Part shown: positions 17,634 through 26,070 of the stretch, piece by piece | Numbering within the stretch: position 1 is the first letter of the stretch | Layout of the letters: each line of letters starts with the position of its first letter | DNA from: a bacterium | Lineage (GTDB): Bacteria > UBA8248 | Reading direction: 5' to 3' | Assembly (NCBI GenBank): GCA_963692865.2 | Contig: OY843592.1 | Location: forward strand, 1,184,001-1,248,000 | Length of the DNA stretch: 64,000 bases | Position numbers and translations under genes: made by a program | The notes under the pieces: model-generated | What the model was told of the DNA's origin: nothing | What the model saw: only the letters and a program-made list of their open reading frames with translations | Database searches by the model: none

Positions 17634-17671
17634 CTCGTGTTCCTCCTTTTGGGTAAGAATCAACCAAGCCG

Positions 17672-18814
17672 TCAGAGACAAACCAGTTCGTCGGTGCTCG
17701 TGTTCAGCGGTTCGTAACCATCGTCCGTGACCAGATAGGTTTCACCCCAGAAAATCTGGCGGTTGGGGCCCAGGTTGAACATGGGGTGCGTCGTCACCAC
17801 CATGCCCGGCTGCAGCTCTCCCTCCGAGAGCGGCGTGATCATGTAATCGGTGAGGTCCAGGCCCGTCAGATGCACCAGGCCGTAAGGCCACACCTCGTAG
17901 CCGTGTTTTTCGAAAACGTCGTTCATCGCCGCGACCATGGCGACCATCGGTTCTCCCGGCTTCATGCGCTCCAGGGAGGCGTCGCGCGCCTCGCGCACCA
18001 CCTGATGGGCGTCGATAAGCCACTTTTCCGCCTCGCCCAGCGCCAGGACCCGCACGATCTGGTTCCAGTATCCACGAACGCGCGGGGAGATTTCCAGCAG
18101 CACGGCGTCACCCTGCCTGATGGGCCTGTCCGTCTGGGGGATGACGTAGCCCCAGGGCGCTTCGCCGCCGTTCGCCATGCTCGCGAGGCCCATCATGTTG
18201 AAGTTCTCCGTCCCGCCCTCGGGGATGATCACCCGATCCATCTCGGCGCGCATGTCGAGTTCCGTCACCCCTTCGCGAATGAAGCCGCACAGGTGATTCC
18301 ACACCTTATCACCGAGCCGGGCCGCGTGGCGCGACATTTCCACTTCTTCCTCACTTTGCACGAGGCGCAGCTTCCAGACGAGTTCGCCCGCTTCCACCCA
18401 TTCTTTCGCGTTCACCTGATCCAGAAGCTGCTGGTGCCAGGCCACGGGGATGATGGCGAGCGAGGAGATTCCGATTCTGGAGTTCGAGGAGGTGATTTCG
18501 TTCAGGTAGTTGCACGCCTGTTTCGGGACGGGGGTGAGCGCCTCGCAGCGCGTGTCGGCGATCCAGCCGTTTCGCAGGGATTCGATTCTCTGATTCTCCA
18601 CCCCCACGAACAGCACGGGTTCTCCCTCGCGCGGGAAGACCAGAATCTGCTGGCCGGAGAACGAGATGAAATTGCTGACGTAGGCCAGATTGCCCGTACG
18701 CGGCCCCTGGCGTCCGCTGTTGCCGTAGACGACGAGAACGTCCAGGCCCTCGCGCTCCATTTCCGCCCTGAGATTCGCGTGGCGGCGGTCACGCTCTTTG
18801 GTCGATAAACCCAA
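17672..18814 (-). CDS. M24-fold creatinase-like hydrolase with substituted metal ligands
   Basis: Creatinase N-domain (NLAYVSNF); LEISP, WNQIVR, VHLTG, THP and WGET replace the D-D-H-E-E set; TTG start with GGAGAGG RBS. Confidence 0.75.
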   Translation of the reverse strand: MGLSTKERDRRHANLRAEMEREGLDVLVVYGNSGRQGPRTGNLAYVSNFISFSGQQILVFPREGEPVLFVGVENQRIESLRNGWIADTRCEALTPVPKQACNYLNEITSSNSRIGISSLAIIPVAWHQQLLDQVNAKEWVEAGELVWKLRLVQSEEEVEMSRHAARLGDKVWNHLCGFIREGVTELDMRAEMDRVIIPEGGTENFNMMGLASMANGGEAPWGYVIPQTDRPIRQGDAVLLEISPRVRGYWNQIVRVLALGEAEKWLIDAHQVVREARDASLERMKPGEPMVAMVAAMNDVFEKHGYEVWPYGLVHLTGLDLTDYMITPLSEGELQPGMVVTTHPMFNLGPNRQIFWGETYLVTDDGYEPLNTSTDELVCL

Positions 18815-18841
18815 CTTTCCTCTCCTTCGCGTTGCGTACCG

Positions 18842-19594
18842 TTAAAAGATCACCTTACCGCCCGAGACGGCCATGTTCACGCCCGTCACGTAGGCGGCCT
18901 CTTCGCTGCAGAAAAACACCACGGCCCCCCCGACGTCCTCGGATCGCCCGAGGCGCTTCATCGGTATGGCGTCGATATACTCTCTTTGGTAGTCATCCGA
19001 GTGGAGGATGGGCCGCTCCGTTTCGGTGAGGCCCGGAGAGACCATGTTCACCGTGATGCCGTAAGGACCTGCCTCCACGGCCAGATTTTGCGAGAAATAG
19101 AGCAGTGCGGACTTGACGGCCCCGTAGGAGTTCGTGCGCGCGCGCTTCTCGCCCAGCACGGTGGACAAGACGTTGACGATGCGGCCCCAGCCCCGCTCCC
19201 GCATGCCCGGCAGCGCCGCCTGACAGCAGTGAAAAGCGCCCCTGAGCATCACTTGAATCTGCGGTTCGTAATCCTCCTCCCAACTCATCTCCATAAAGGC
19301 TCTGCCCTTCACCAATTGGCGCGCGTTGTTGACGAGAATGTCGACGCCGCCCATGCGCTTCCCGCATTCTTCGAACATGCGCGCCACGTCGTCCTGGCGG
19401 CTCACATCGGCCTGAACGCCGAACGCGCCGCCGCCTGCTTCCCGAATCGCGTTGGCCGTTTCGTGCGCCGCCGCCTCGCCCGCGTGGTAGTGCACGGCGA
19501 CCGTTGCGCCCTCTTTCGCCAGTGCGTGGGCGATGGCTTTGCCGATGCCGCGCGTAGCGCCGGTGACGAGCGCGGCGCGTCCTTCGAGCCTCAT
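18842..19594 (-). CDS. SDR family oxidoreductase (FabG-like)
   Basis: TGATRGIG, LVNNA, YGAVK and VNMVSPG motifs; alternative TTG start at 19609. Confidence 0.9.
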   Translation of the reverse strand: MRLEGRAALVTGATRGIGKAIAHALAKEGATVAVHYHAGEAAAHETANAIREAGGGAFGVQADVSRQDDVARMFEECGKRMGGVDILVNNARQLVKGRAFMEMSWEEDYEPQIQVMLRGAFHCCQAALPGMRERGWGRIVNVLSTVLGEKRARTNSYGAVKSALLYFSQNLAVEAGPYGITVNMVSPGLTETERPILHSDDYQREYIDAIPMKRLGRSEDVGGAVVFFCSEEAAYVTGVNMAVSGGKVIF

Positions 19595-19699
19595 GCGGAA
19601 CTCATCCAATTCGTGAGCGAAAAATCATGTATTCCCGATGCCGGTGAAAACAATTCCCGCCCCTGGCGACTTGTATGAAACGAGCAATTAAGTCTTGAA

Positions 19700-19725
19700 T
19701 AATGGTATTGTATTTAATACCATTA
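19700..19725. promoter_or_regulatory. Perfect palindromic operator candidate in the divergent promoter region
   Basis: TAATGGTATT-GTATTT-AATACCATTA (10-bp arms) between the catabolic operon and the GntR gene. Confidence 0.65.
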
Positions 19726-19848
19726 AGGTTCGCAAGCGTTAATTTCGCAAAGAGGACCATTTCCAACGAAGTTGCGATATGTGAAACTTCCGTCTTGCCC
19801 CAGACTCGAAACCCGTCGATATTCGAGGAGATGGAAAGCGAGGGAAAA

Positions 19849-20592
19849 ATGTTGGAGCTGAGCGCTGAAAAACCGTTTTCGAACGAATTCATCCCCTATT
19901 ACTACCAGATCGCGAATCTCCTGCGCGGCAAAATCGAAAGCGGAGAACTCTTCGCGGGCATGAAGCTCCCGAAGGAACTGGATCTTTCCAAGCACTTCGG
20001 CGTCAGCCGGGTCACACTGCGGCAAGCCCTCGCCATACTGGAGAAAGAAGGTCTCGTGACGCGCGAGCGCCGCAAGGGCACGTTCGTGAACCACGGGGGC
20101 GTGAAATCCAAAATGATTCCACTCACCGGCGTCGTATGGGAGGAGGACGCGGGCGGGGAGAACATGCGGGTCATATCGACGGAGGAGGTAGACGCATCGG
20201 CCATGCTCAAGAAATTCTTCGGCCTGGACGACGGGGAGAAGTTGAGCAGGGTCGAGCGTTTGAGGATGGTGGAGGAAACGCCCCTTTGCTACGTGATGAA
20301 CTATTTGCCCCGAGAGCTCGCGAAGGACATCCCGCAAGAAGACATCCGCACCCGCAGCATGCTCCACATCCTGAAGAGTCGGCTGAATATCCCGCTGGGC
20401 AAGATTCAGCAGACGTTCGAGGCGCGCATCGCCGAGAGCGACGTCGCGGCCCATCTTTCCATCGGCGTTCTGGCGCCGGTTTTGTACGTGGAAACCTTCG
20501 TGCGCAGCAAAAGCGGGGAACCCGTCGAATTCTCTCAAATCTATTACCGCGGAGATCAGCACCGGTACAGAGTGGAACTCGTGAGCGAGTAG
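19849..20592 (+). CDS. GntR family transcriptional regulator with UTRA domain (HutC subfamily)
   Basis: PYYYQIANLLR...LPKELDL..HFGVSRVTLRQAL...RRKGTFV wHTH; C-terminal GEPVEFSQIYYRGD UTRA motif. Confidence 0.92.
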   Translation: MLELSAEKPFSNEFIPYYYQIANLLRGKIESGELFAGMKLPKELDLSKHFGVSRVTLRQALAILEKEGLVTRERRKGTFVNHGGVKSKMIPLTGVVWEEDAGGENMRVISTEEVDASAMLKKFFGLDDGEKLSRVERLRMVEETPLCYVMNYLPRELAKDIPQEDIRTRSMLHILKSRLNIPLGKIQQTFEARIAESDVAAHLSIGVLAPVLYVETFVRSKSGEPVEFSQIYYRGDQHRYRVELVSE

Positions 20593-20649
20593 TCCCTCGC
20601 GTCTCGTGCTGCGCGCTTTTCCAAACTATCGCTGGATGGGAGGGGCAAG

Positions 20650-21561
20650 ATGCCCAAAAAGAAGAGTACGAAAAGAACCATCGGCTTCATCGGCCTGGGC
20701 CTCATGGGCCAGGCGTTTTCCAGGAATCTCATCGCAGACGGCCATCCCCTCGTCGGAACCGACGTGCTGTCGGGGGCGATGCGCAAGTTCAGGCGCCTGG
20801 GGGGAGAGGCCCTGGAATCGCCCCGCGCCGTGGCCGAAGCGGCGGATATCGTGTTCATCTCGGTTCCCAATTCGAAGATATCCCTTCAGACCGCGCGTGG
20901 GAAAAACGGCTATCTGGCCTGTGCGCCCGAATCCGCGCCGGAGGTCGTTCTCGACACGACGACTTCGGATCCGGAAGACTCGAAAAAACACGCCGAACTT
21001 TGCCGGAAGAAGGGAATACCCTATCTGGACGCCAGCGTGAGCGGCAACAGCGACCACGTGGCGAATCGGGAAGGCTTGTTTCTCGTGGGCGGGAACAGGA
21101 AAGCCTACGAGAAAGTGGCGCCGCTTTTGGAGACGATGCTCTCCGATCAGGTTTACTGCGGGCCGTCGGGCTCCGGCGCCGCGATGAAAGTGGTCGTGAA
21201 CTACATGACCTCCATGGGACGCTGCGTCATCGCCGAAGGCTTAAGGCTGGGGATGCGCAGCGGATTCGGGAAGGATTTTTTGTTCGACACGCTCAAGAGA
21301 AGCCGCGCGGGCGACTCGAGCGGGTTCCATGGCCACGGCGGCATCATGGTGCGGGGCCGCTTTCGCCGTCCCCGGAGCACCTTGAACGTCATCCGCAAGG
21401 ACATCGGGCTCGGCCTCAGGCTGGCCAGGAGGCACGGCGCCGTGACGCCCGTGGGCAACGCATGCGCGCCGCTGTACAGGGAAGGCGCGCGCGCAGGCAA
21501 TGGAGAGTTGGACAGCGCGGCCGTGTATCTCTCCTATCTGGATCGGGAGAACAAAAAATAG
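20650..21561 (+). CDS. Beta-hydroxyacid dehydrogenase family NAD(P)-dependent oxidoreductase
   Basis: IGFIGLGLMG, LDASVSG, catalytic MKVVVN and KDIGL motifs. Confidence 0.88.
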   Translation: MPKKKSTKRTIGFIGLGLMGQAFSRNLIADGHPLVGTDVLSGAMRKFRRLGGEALESPRAVAEAADIVFISVPNSKISLQTARGKNGYLACAPESAPEVVLDTTTSDPEDSKKHAELCRKKGIPYLDASVSGNSDHVANREGLFLVGGNRKAYEKVAPLLETMLSDQVYCGPSGSGAAMKVVVNYMTSMGRCVIAEGLRLGMRSGFGKDFLFDTLKRSRAGDSSGFHGHGGIMVRGRFRRPRSTLNVIRKDIGLGLRLARRHGAVTPVGNACAPLYREGARAGNGELDSAAVYLSYLDRENKK

Positions 21562-21638
21562 AACGGCTCGACCGGGCGTTCTCGACAGGTGAATGGAGCG
21601 CGCCCGCGATCGGACCGTCGTCGCTGCGCCCTTTCTGA

Positions 21639-22694
21639 ATGGATGAGGGGCGAGGCGCGGTATTTCAAGAACGGGGGTGGTCGTTGCCGGGTGAAGCGCA
21701 CGATTCAGCGGATAAAGAATCCACGCTCGTCGTGGTGGGCGACATGGAGGTCGACCGCCCGGAGCCCCGGAACACTTTCTCGAAGGTCGCCTCGTATCTG
21801 AAAGCGGCCGATCTGCGCTTCGGCGGCCTGGAAGCCTCGATGTCCCACCTGGGCGCCCCGGCCAGCGGGAAGATCGTGATGCGCCACAGCCCTGAGATGA
21901 TTCAGGGCTATCTCGAGGGCGGCTTCGACGCCTTGGCGTTCGCCAGCAACCATTGCATGGATTACGGGGTCGAGCCGTTCGTCGAGACGATGGCGTTGCT
22001 CGAGCGAAACGGAATCGCATATTCGGGCGCGGGCCGGAACATCCAGGAGGCGCGTACGCCCGCCGTCATCGAACGGGGGGGCGTGCGCTACGGGTTCCTG
22101 TCCTACGTGCTGGAACTCCCCCTGGGCTGGGGGGCGGGCCCTTCGAAGCCGGGCGTCGCGCCCATCCGGCAGGATGCGCTCTATGGCCCTCCCTACGTCA
22201 ACGAGGAGGATTTGGCGGCGATGATCGCCGACATGGAGCGCGCGCGGCCGAGGGTCGATTTTCTTCTGGCCTCGTTCCACTGGGGCGCGAGCCAGAGCCG
22301 CACGCTCACGCTTTCCCAGCAGGCGTCGGCGCGCGCGGCTGTCGAGGCGGGGGTGGACGTCGTCGTCGGCCACCATCCCCACATCGTGCAGGGGGTCGAG
22401 GTGTATCGCGGCAGGCCCGTTTTCTACGCGCTCGGCAATTTCGTGCTCGATCACGACCACCCGATGTTCCTGCCCACCGCGCGCGAGTCGATTTGCCTGA
22501 AGTTGACCCTGAGAGGCGGAGCGCTCGCCCGGGCGGCGGTATCGCCCGTCTTGATCGAAGCGGACGGCAGCCCCCGGATTCCGGGGCCCGAGGAGCCGAA
22601 ATCGGCGGAAATTCTGGGCAAACTCGTATCGCTCTCGGAAAAGCTGGGGACAAGGATCGAGGTTTCCGGGGGCGAGGGGGTGGTCGCGCTGTGA
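21639..22694 (+). CDS. CapA/PGA_cap family metallophosphatase
   Basis: VGDM, LEA, ASNHCMDYG, FHWG, GHHPH and YALGNF motifs. Confidence 0.88.
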   Translation: MDEGRGAVFQERGWSLPGEAHDSADKESTLVVVGDMEVDRPEPRNTFSKVASYLKAADLRFGGLEASMSHLGAPASGKIVMRHSPEMIQGYLEGGFDALAFASNHCMDYGVEPFVETMALLERNGIAYSGAGRNIQEARTPAVIERGGVRYGFLSYVLELPLGWGAGPSKPGVAPIRQDALYGPPYVNEEDLAAMIADMERARPRVDFLLASFHWGASQSRTLTLSQQASARAAVEAGVDVVVGHHPHIVQGVEVYRGRPVFYALGNFVLDHDHPMFLPTARESICLKLTLRGGALARAAVSPVLIEADGSPRIPGPEEPKSAEILGKLVSLSEKLGTRIEVSGGEGVVAL

Positions 22695-22743
22695 ACAGCC
22701 GGATTGCTTCCCTCATCGAGCGGCGAACCGCGGGAAATCCATC

Positions 22744-23487
22744 ATGGAGCTGAAGGATAAGATTTTCGTCATCACGGGCGCGGCCCGCGGCATCGGCGCG
22801 GAAGCCGCGCGCCGCTTTTCGGGTATGGGCGGAAACGTGGCGGCCCTGGACGTGGAGGAAGACGGCCTGCGAAGCCTCGAAGCGGAATCGGGCGGCGAAA
22901 TCTTGGGCGTGCGCGCGGACATCTCGAACCCGAAGGGCGTCGAGGACGCCTTCGACGCGGCGGCGGCGAGATTCGGCGGCGTGGACGTTCTGATCAACTG
23001 CGCCGTCATCCGGGGGAACGGCCCCCTGGCGGAGGTCGAGGAAGCCACGATCGACCTGGCGCTGGCCGTGGGCCTCAAGGGCGGCATCCTGTGCGCGAAG
23101 CGCGCGGCACAGGAGATGAAAAAACGCGGCGGCGGCGCCATCGTCAACATGTCGAGTTTCTACGCGCGCACGCCGGCGAAGGAGCGCGTGGTCTACGTCG
23201 CCGTGAAGGGGGGCGTCGAAGGTCTCACGCGCGCGCTGGCCGTCGAACTGGCGGATTCGAACATCCGCGTGAACGCCGTCGCGGCGGGGCCGGTGCTGAC
23301 GAGGCTCAGGGAATCCCAGGGGGAGGGCGACCCCGAAAACCTGGCGGAGCGCTACCGCAAATCCCCCATGGGCAGGTTCGGCCGGGTCGATGAGGTGCTC
23401 GACGCCATCGAGTATCTGGTGACGCCCCGCTCGTCCTTCATGACGGGCCAGGTTCTGGTGCTCGACGGCGGTTTGACCATCGTGTGA
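22744..23487 (+). CDS. SDR family oxidoreductase
   Basis: TGAARGIG, YVAVKGG, IRVNAVAAG and TGQVLVLDGG motifs. Confidence 0.9.
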   Translation: MELKDKIFVITGAARGIGAEAARRFSGMGGNVAALDVEEDGLRSLEAESGGEILGVRADISNPKGVEDAFDAAAARFGGVDVLINCAVIRGNGPLAEVEEATIDLALAVGLKGGILCAKRAAQEMKKRGGGAIVNMSSFYARTPAKERVVYVAVKGGVEGLTRALAVELADSNIRVNAVAAGPVLTRLRESQGEGDPENLAERYRKSPMGRFGRVDEVLDAIEYLVTPRSSFMTGQVLVLDGGLTIV

Positions 23488-23499
23488 TGTTTTTGGAAG

Positions 23500-23596
23500 T
23501 GGCGGGAACGCGTGGGAGTCGAACCCACCGACGAAGTGATTAGCCCCGTCCACTGGATTTGAAGTCCAGGCGGCACACCGGCGCCGATGCGCTCCC
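23500..23596 (-). tRNA. selC: tRNA-Sec (UCA anticodon)
   Basis: Minus strand reads GGGAGCGC...CTGGAC-TTCAA-ATCCAG...long variable arm...GTGGGTTCGACTCCCAC-GCGTTCCC-GCCA; 97 nt, 8-bp acceptor stem, TCA anticodon, encoded CCA. Confidence 0.95.
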
Positions 23597-23748
23597 ACCA
23601 GGAGAATACAACGGCGGGCGTGGCTGCGAAAGCGCCATTGGCATTTGGAGCGCCTCCAAGCCGCGAGGCGGGGGCCGCGCGGCTTGTACTGGGAGCAGGA
23701 ACGTCCTAAAAGGGAGCGGAATTCATCGCCATCATAGGAGACAGGAGA

Positions 23749-24645
23749 ATGTCGCAGCGCGTGGGTATCGTGGGCATGGGGCTGATGGGCCAGGCGTTCA
23801 TCAAGAACTTGCGCGAGACGGGCTTCGAGGTGCAGGGCTTCGACGTGGACCCCGCCCGCATGGACGATTTGCGCGAGAAGGGAGGCGAACCCGTCGAGAC
23901 GCCGGAAGCGGCGGCCAGCGGCGTGAACTTCGTCGTCACCTCCCTGCCCACCAGCGGCGTCGCGCGCGAGGCGGCTCTGGGCGCAAGCGGGGTCGCCGAG
24001 GGAGCGAAGGAGGGCCTCTACCTTCTCGATACGACGACCTCCCGTCCCGAGGATTCGGTCCGCCTCGCGGAGGATTTGGCCGGGCGGGGCATCCGCTTTC
24101 TCGATTCCGCCGTGAGCGGGACGAGCGCGATGGCGGTAGAGAAGGATCTGGTGGTCGTCGCGGGCGGCGAGGCGGAGGATTTCGACGCCTGCCGCGCCGT
24201 CTTCGCGGGCTTCAGCCGGGCGGCCTACCACATGGGGCCGGTGGGTTCGGGCGCGCGGACGAAACTCGTCATCAACATGATCCTGGCGGGCAACCGGCTC
24301 GCCCTGGCCGAGGGGCTGATGCTCGGGACGAAGGTGGGCCTCGAGATGGACACCCTGCTGGAGGTGCTCAAGGACGGCGCGTGCTTCTCCAAGACGATGA
24401 TCGACAAGGGCCCCAAGATGATCCGCGCGGACTACTCGAAGCAGGGCCAGGTGAAGACCTCGCTCAAGGATTCGCGCCTCATGCTGGAGCAGGGCCGCCT
24501 CCACGGCTCGCCCATGCTGCTGACGAACCTGTGGTCCCAGGTCGCGCAGATGGCCTACGAGCGGGGCTACGGCGAGGAGGACACCGTCGCCTTCTTCGAG
24601 GTGCTGCGCGAGATGGGCGGCCTGCCTTCGAGGATTGACCCGTGA
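23749..24645 (+). CDS. Beta-hydroxyacid dehydrogenase family NAD(P)-dependent oxidoreductase
   Basis: VGIVGMGLMG, LDSAVSG, TKLVIN and KDSRL motifs; paralogue of 20650-21561. Confidence 0.88.
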   Translation: MSQRVGIVGMGLMGQAFIKNLRETGFEVQGFDVDPARMDDLREKGGEPVETPEAAASGVNFVVTSLPTSGVAREAALGASGVAEGAKEGLYLLDTTTSRPEDSVRLAEDLAGRGIRFLDSAVSGTSAMAVEKDLVVVAGGEAEDFDACRAVFAGFSRAAYHMGPVGSGARTKLVINMILAGNRLALAEGLMLGTKVGLEMDTLLEVLKDGACFSKTMIDKGPKMIRADYSKQGQVKTSLKDSRLMLEQGRLHGSPMLLTNLWSQVAQMAYERGYGEEDTVAFFEVLREMGGLPSRIDP

Positions 24646-25158
24646 TGCGGGGCTGAGCCCTGTTGCGGGGAGTTGCGGGGAGATACGCTCAATTCGGCGC
24701 AAATGCGGGCAAATGCGCCGCTCGAAAATTTCTTTGACTCCGTATTTGAGTCGCCTGCGCTCAGGTTTGTATCCATAACCCTTGTATTACAATAACTTGC
24801 GCTGGTTTCCCGCACGCTTTTTTTATCGAAAAACATCGTGAATTTATCCAATTTTGTCGTATTTTTCACTAAATTTTATCCAAATTCCCGGCGCGGCCGT
24901 TCCCACGCGCCGCTTCCGGCTGATGCGTGTCGCCCCCGACCGGGGGGGAAAGGGCCGCTCCGACCGGGAAGGATGCGTTCGCCGTCTTCATTTTCGCCCC
25001 GACGCCCGATTCCATGAAAAAGCCTCCGCTCCATTCCGGCCGATACGGGAAAACCGTTTTCCCGCGCCGCGCGCACGATACCGCTGCCCGGGGTTTCGGG
25101 GCGTATCGCAATTGCGGGGAATTGCGGGGTCAAACGCGGTTGATGAATGAGCGTTTGC

Positions 25159-25301
25159 GACCGGGGAGGGATCGTTTCCGGTGCTTTTGGGATGCTTTGG
25201 GGTGAAAATTCAAGTCGTTGGGGTGAAATGAGCGGGGAATAAACCCAAAAACGGGAGAAATATGATTTCTTGTCCGTCTCCGGTGATTCATCTTTGGCGA
25301 T
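25159..25301. repeat. Diverged direct repeat, copy 1 (about 140 bp)
   Basis: GACCGGGGAGGGATCGTTT...GGGTGAAAATTCA...TCTCC.GTGATTCATCTTTG aligns with 27455-27583. Confidence 0.8.
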
Positions 25302-25432
25302 TCCCCCGATGCCTGATTCGCAGGCGGGAGAGGCGAACGGCGAACGGCGAACGGCGCAGCTTGGATATCGGCGGGTTGTTTCGTTCTAACTCTATGAGAT
25401 GGGTGAGGCTTTTTTTCGTTTCGGTTACTCGT

Positions 25433-26070
25433 TCATCCAGACTCCGGCGGATTGCCTAGGGATTCGAGACGCATTACCCACCTGTCGAATAGCGGGCATT
25501 CCGTGCGGATGGCGTCCAAGCCAGCTGCTGCGGCTATCAATGGCCCGTGAACTTTCTTGTTGTATCGGGGTATGAGTTGCCGTATTCGTTTGCTCGGAGC
25601 CGTCAGAGAGTTGTCGTTGATGTCTTCCGGGGTCTGGAACTTCTCCCGGATGCCCCGCAAATTCTCGATGGTTTCCGGCGTTACACCAAGCACCGGAATC
25701 ATCCGTTCAAATGCGTTCAGGTCGGAGAACAGGAGTCCTTCGAATTCATACTGTTGAACATAGGGAAATAACCGTGACTGAGCCCAGGGACGATTTATCT
25801 TCCTGTCGACTCCTTGATGGATGTGTCGCTCCAATACTTCAGATTCATCGATCCCTTATCGCGAAACCCGTAGAAGTCGACGAGCGAAGTCACGGCATCG
25901 TGGGAATGGAATAACAGAACCATTCGCTGTACGAGCCGATCTGTTGAAACATTACCTCTAAGCGAATGTGGTATCGGCTCGACTCCTTTTTCCCGCAAGT
26001 AGCCTGCGAGTACGCGCTTGACGAATTCTACTTCGGTATCTCCTTCGACGGATATGGCGACTCGGATCAA
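25433..26070 (-). pseudogene. DUF4276 family (TOPRIM-like) protein with a frameshift near 25842
   Basis: N-half IRVAISVEGDTE...TSLVDFYG and C-half PYVQQYEFEGLLFSD...PEDIND...APSKRI...IRTECPLF..W lie in different frames; one added base restores N-x-EVLERH; TTG start overlaps the ATPase stop. Confidence 0.8.

Noticed and set aside
21639-22694. Poly-gamma-glutamate capsule locus
   Set aside because: No capB or capC nearby; CapA-domain proteins often occur alone as hydrolases.
20650-24645. Imine reductases
   Set aside because: All three paralogues keep the catalytic Lys (K..xN) of beta-hydroxyacid dehydrogenases.
22306-24702. 798-aa minus-strand ORF and similar long shadow ORFs (e.g. 36947-38827, 9860-11302)
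   Set aside because: They are antisense to well-supported genes and selC, have no motifs, and are expected in GC-rich DNA.
25795-25850. Selenocysteine readthrough in DUF4276
   Set aside because: The break is a frame change, not an in-frame UGA.
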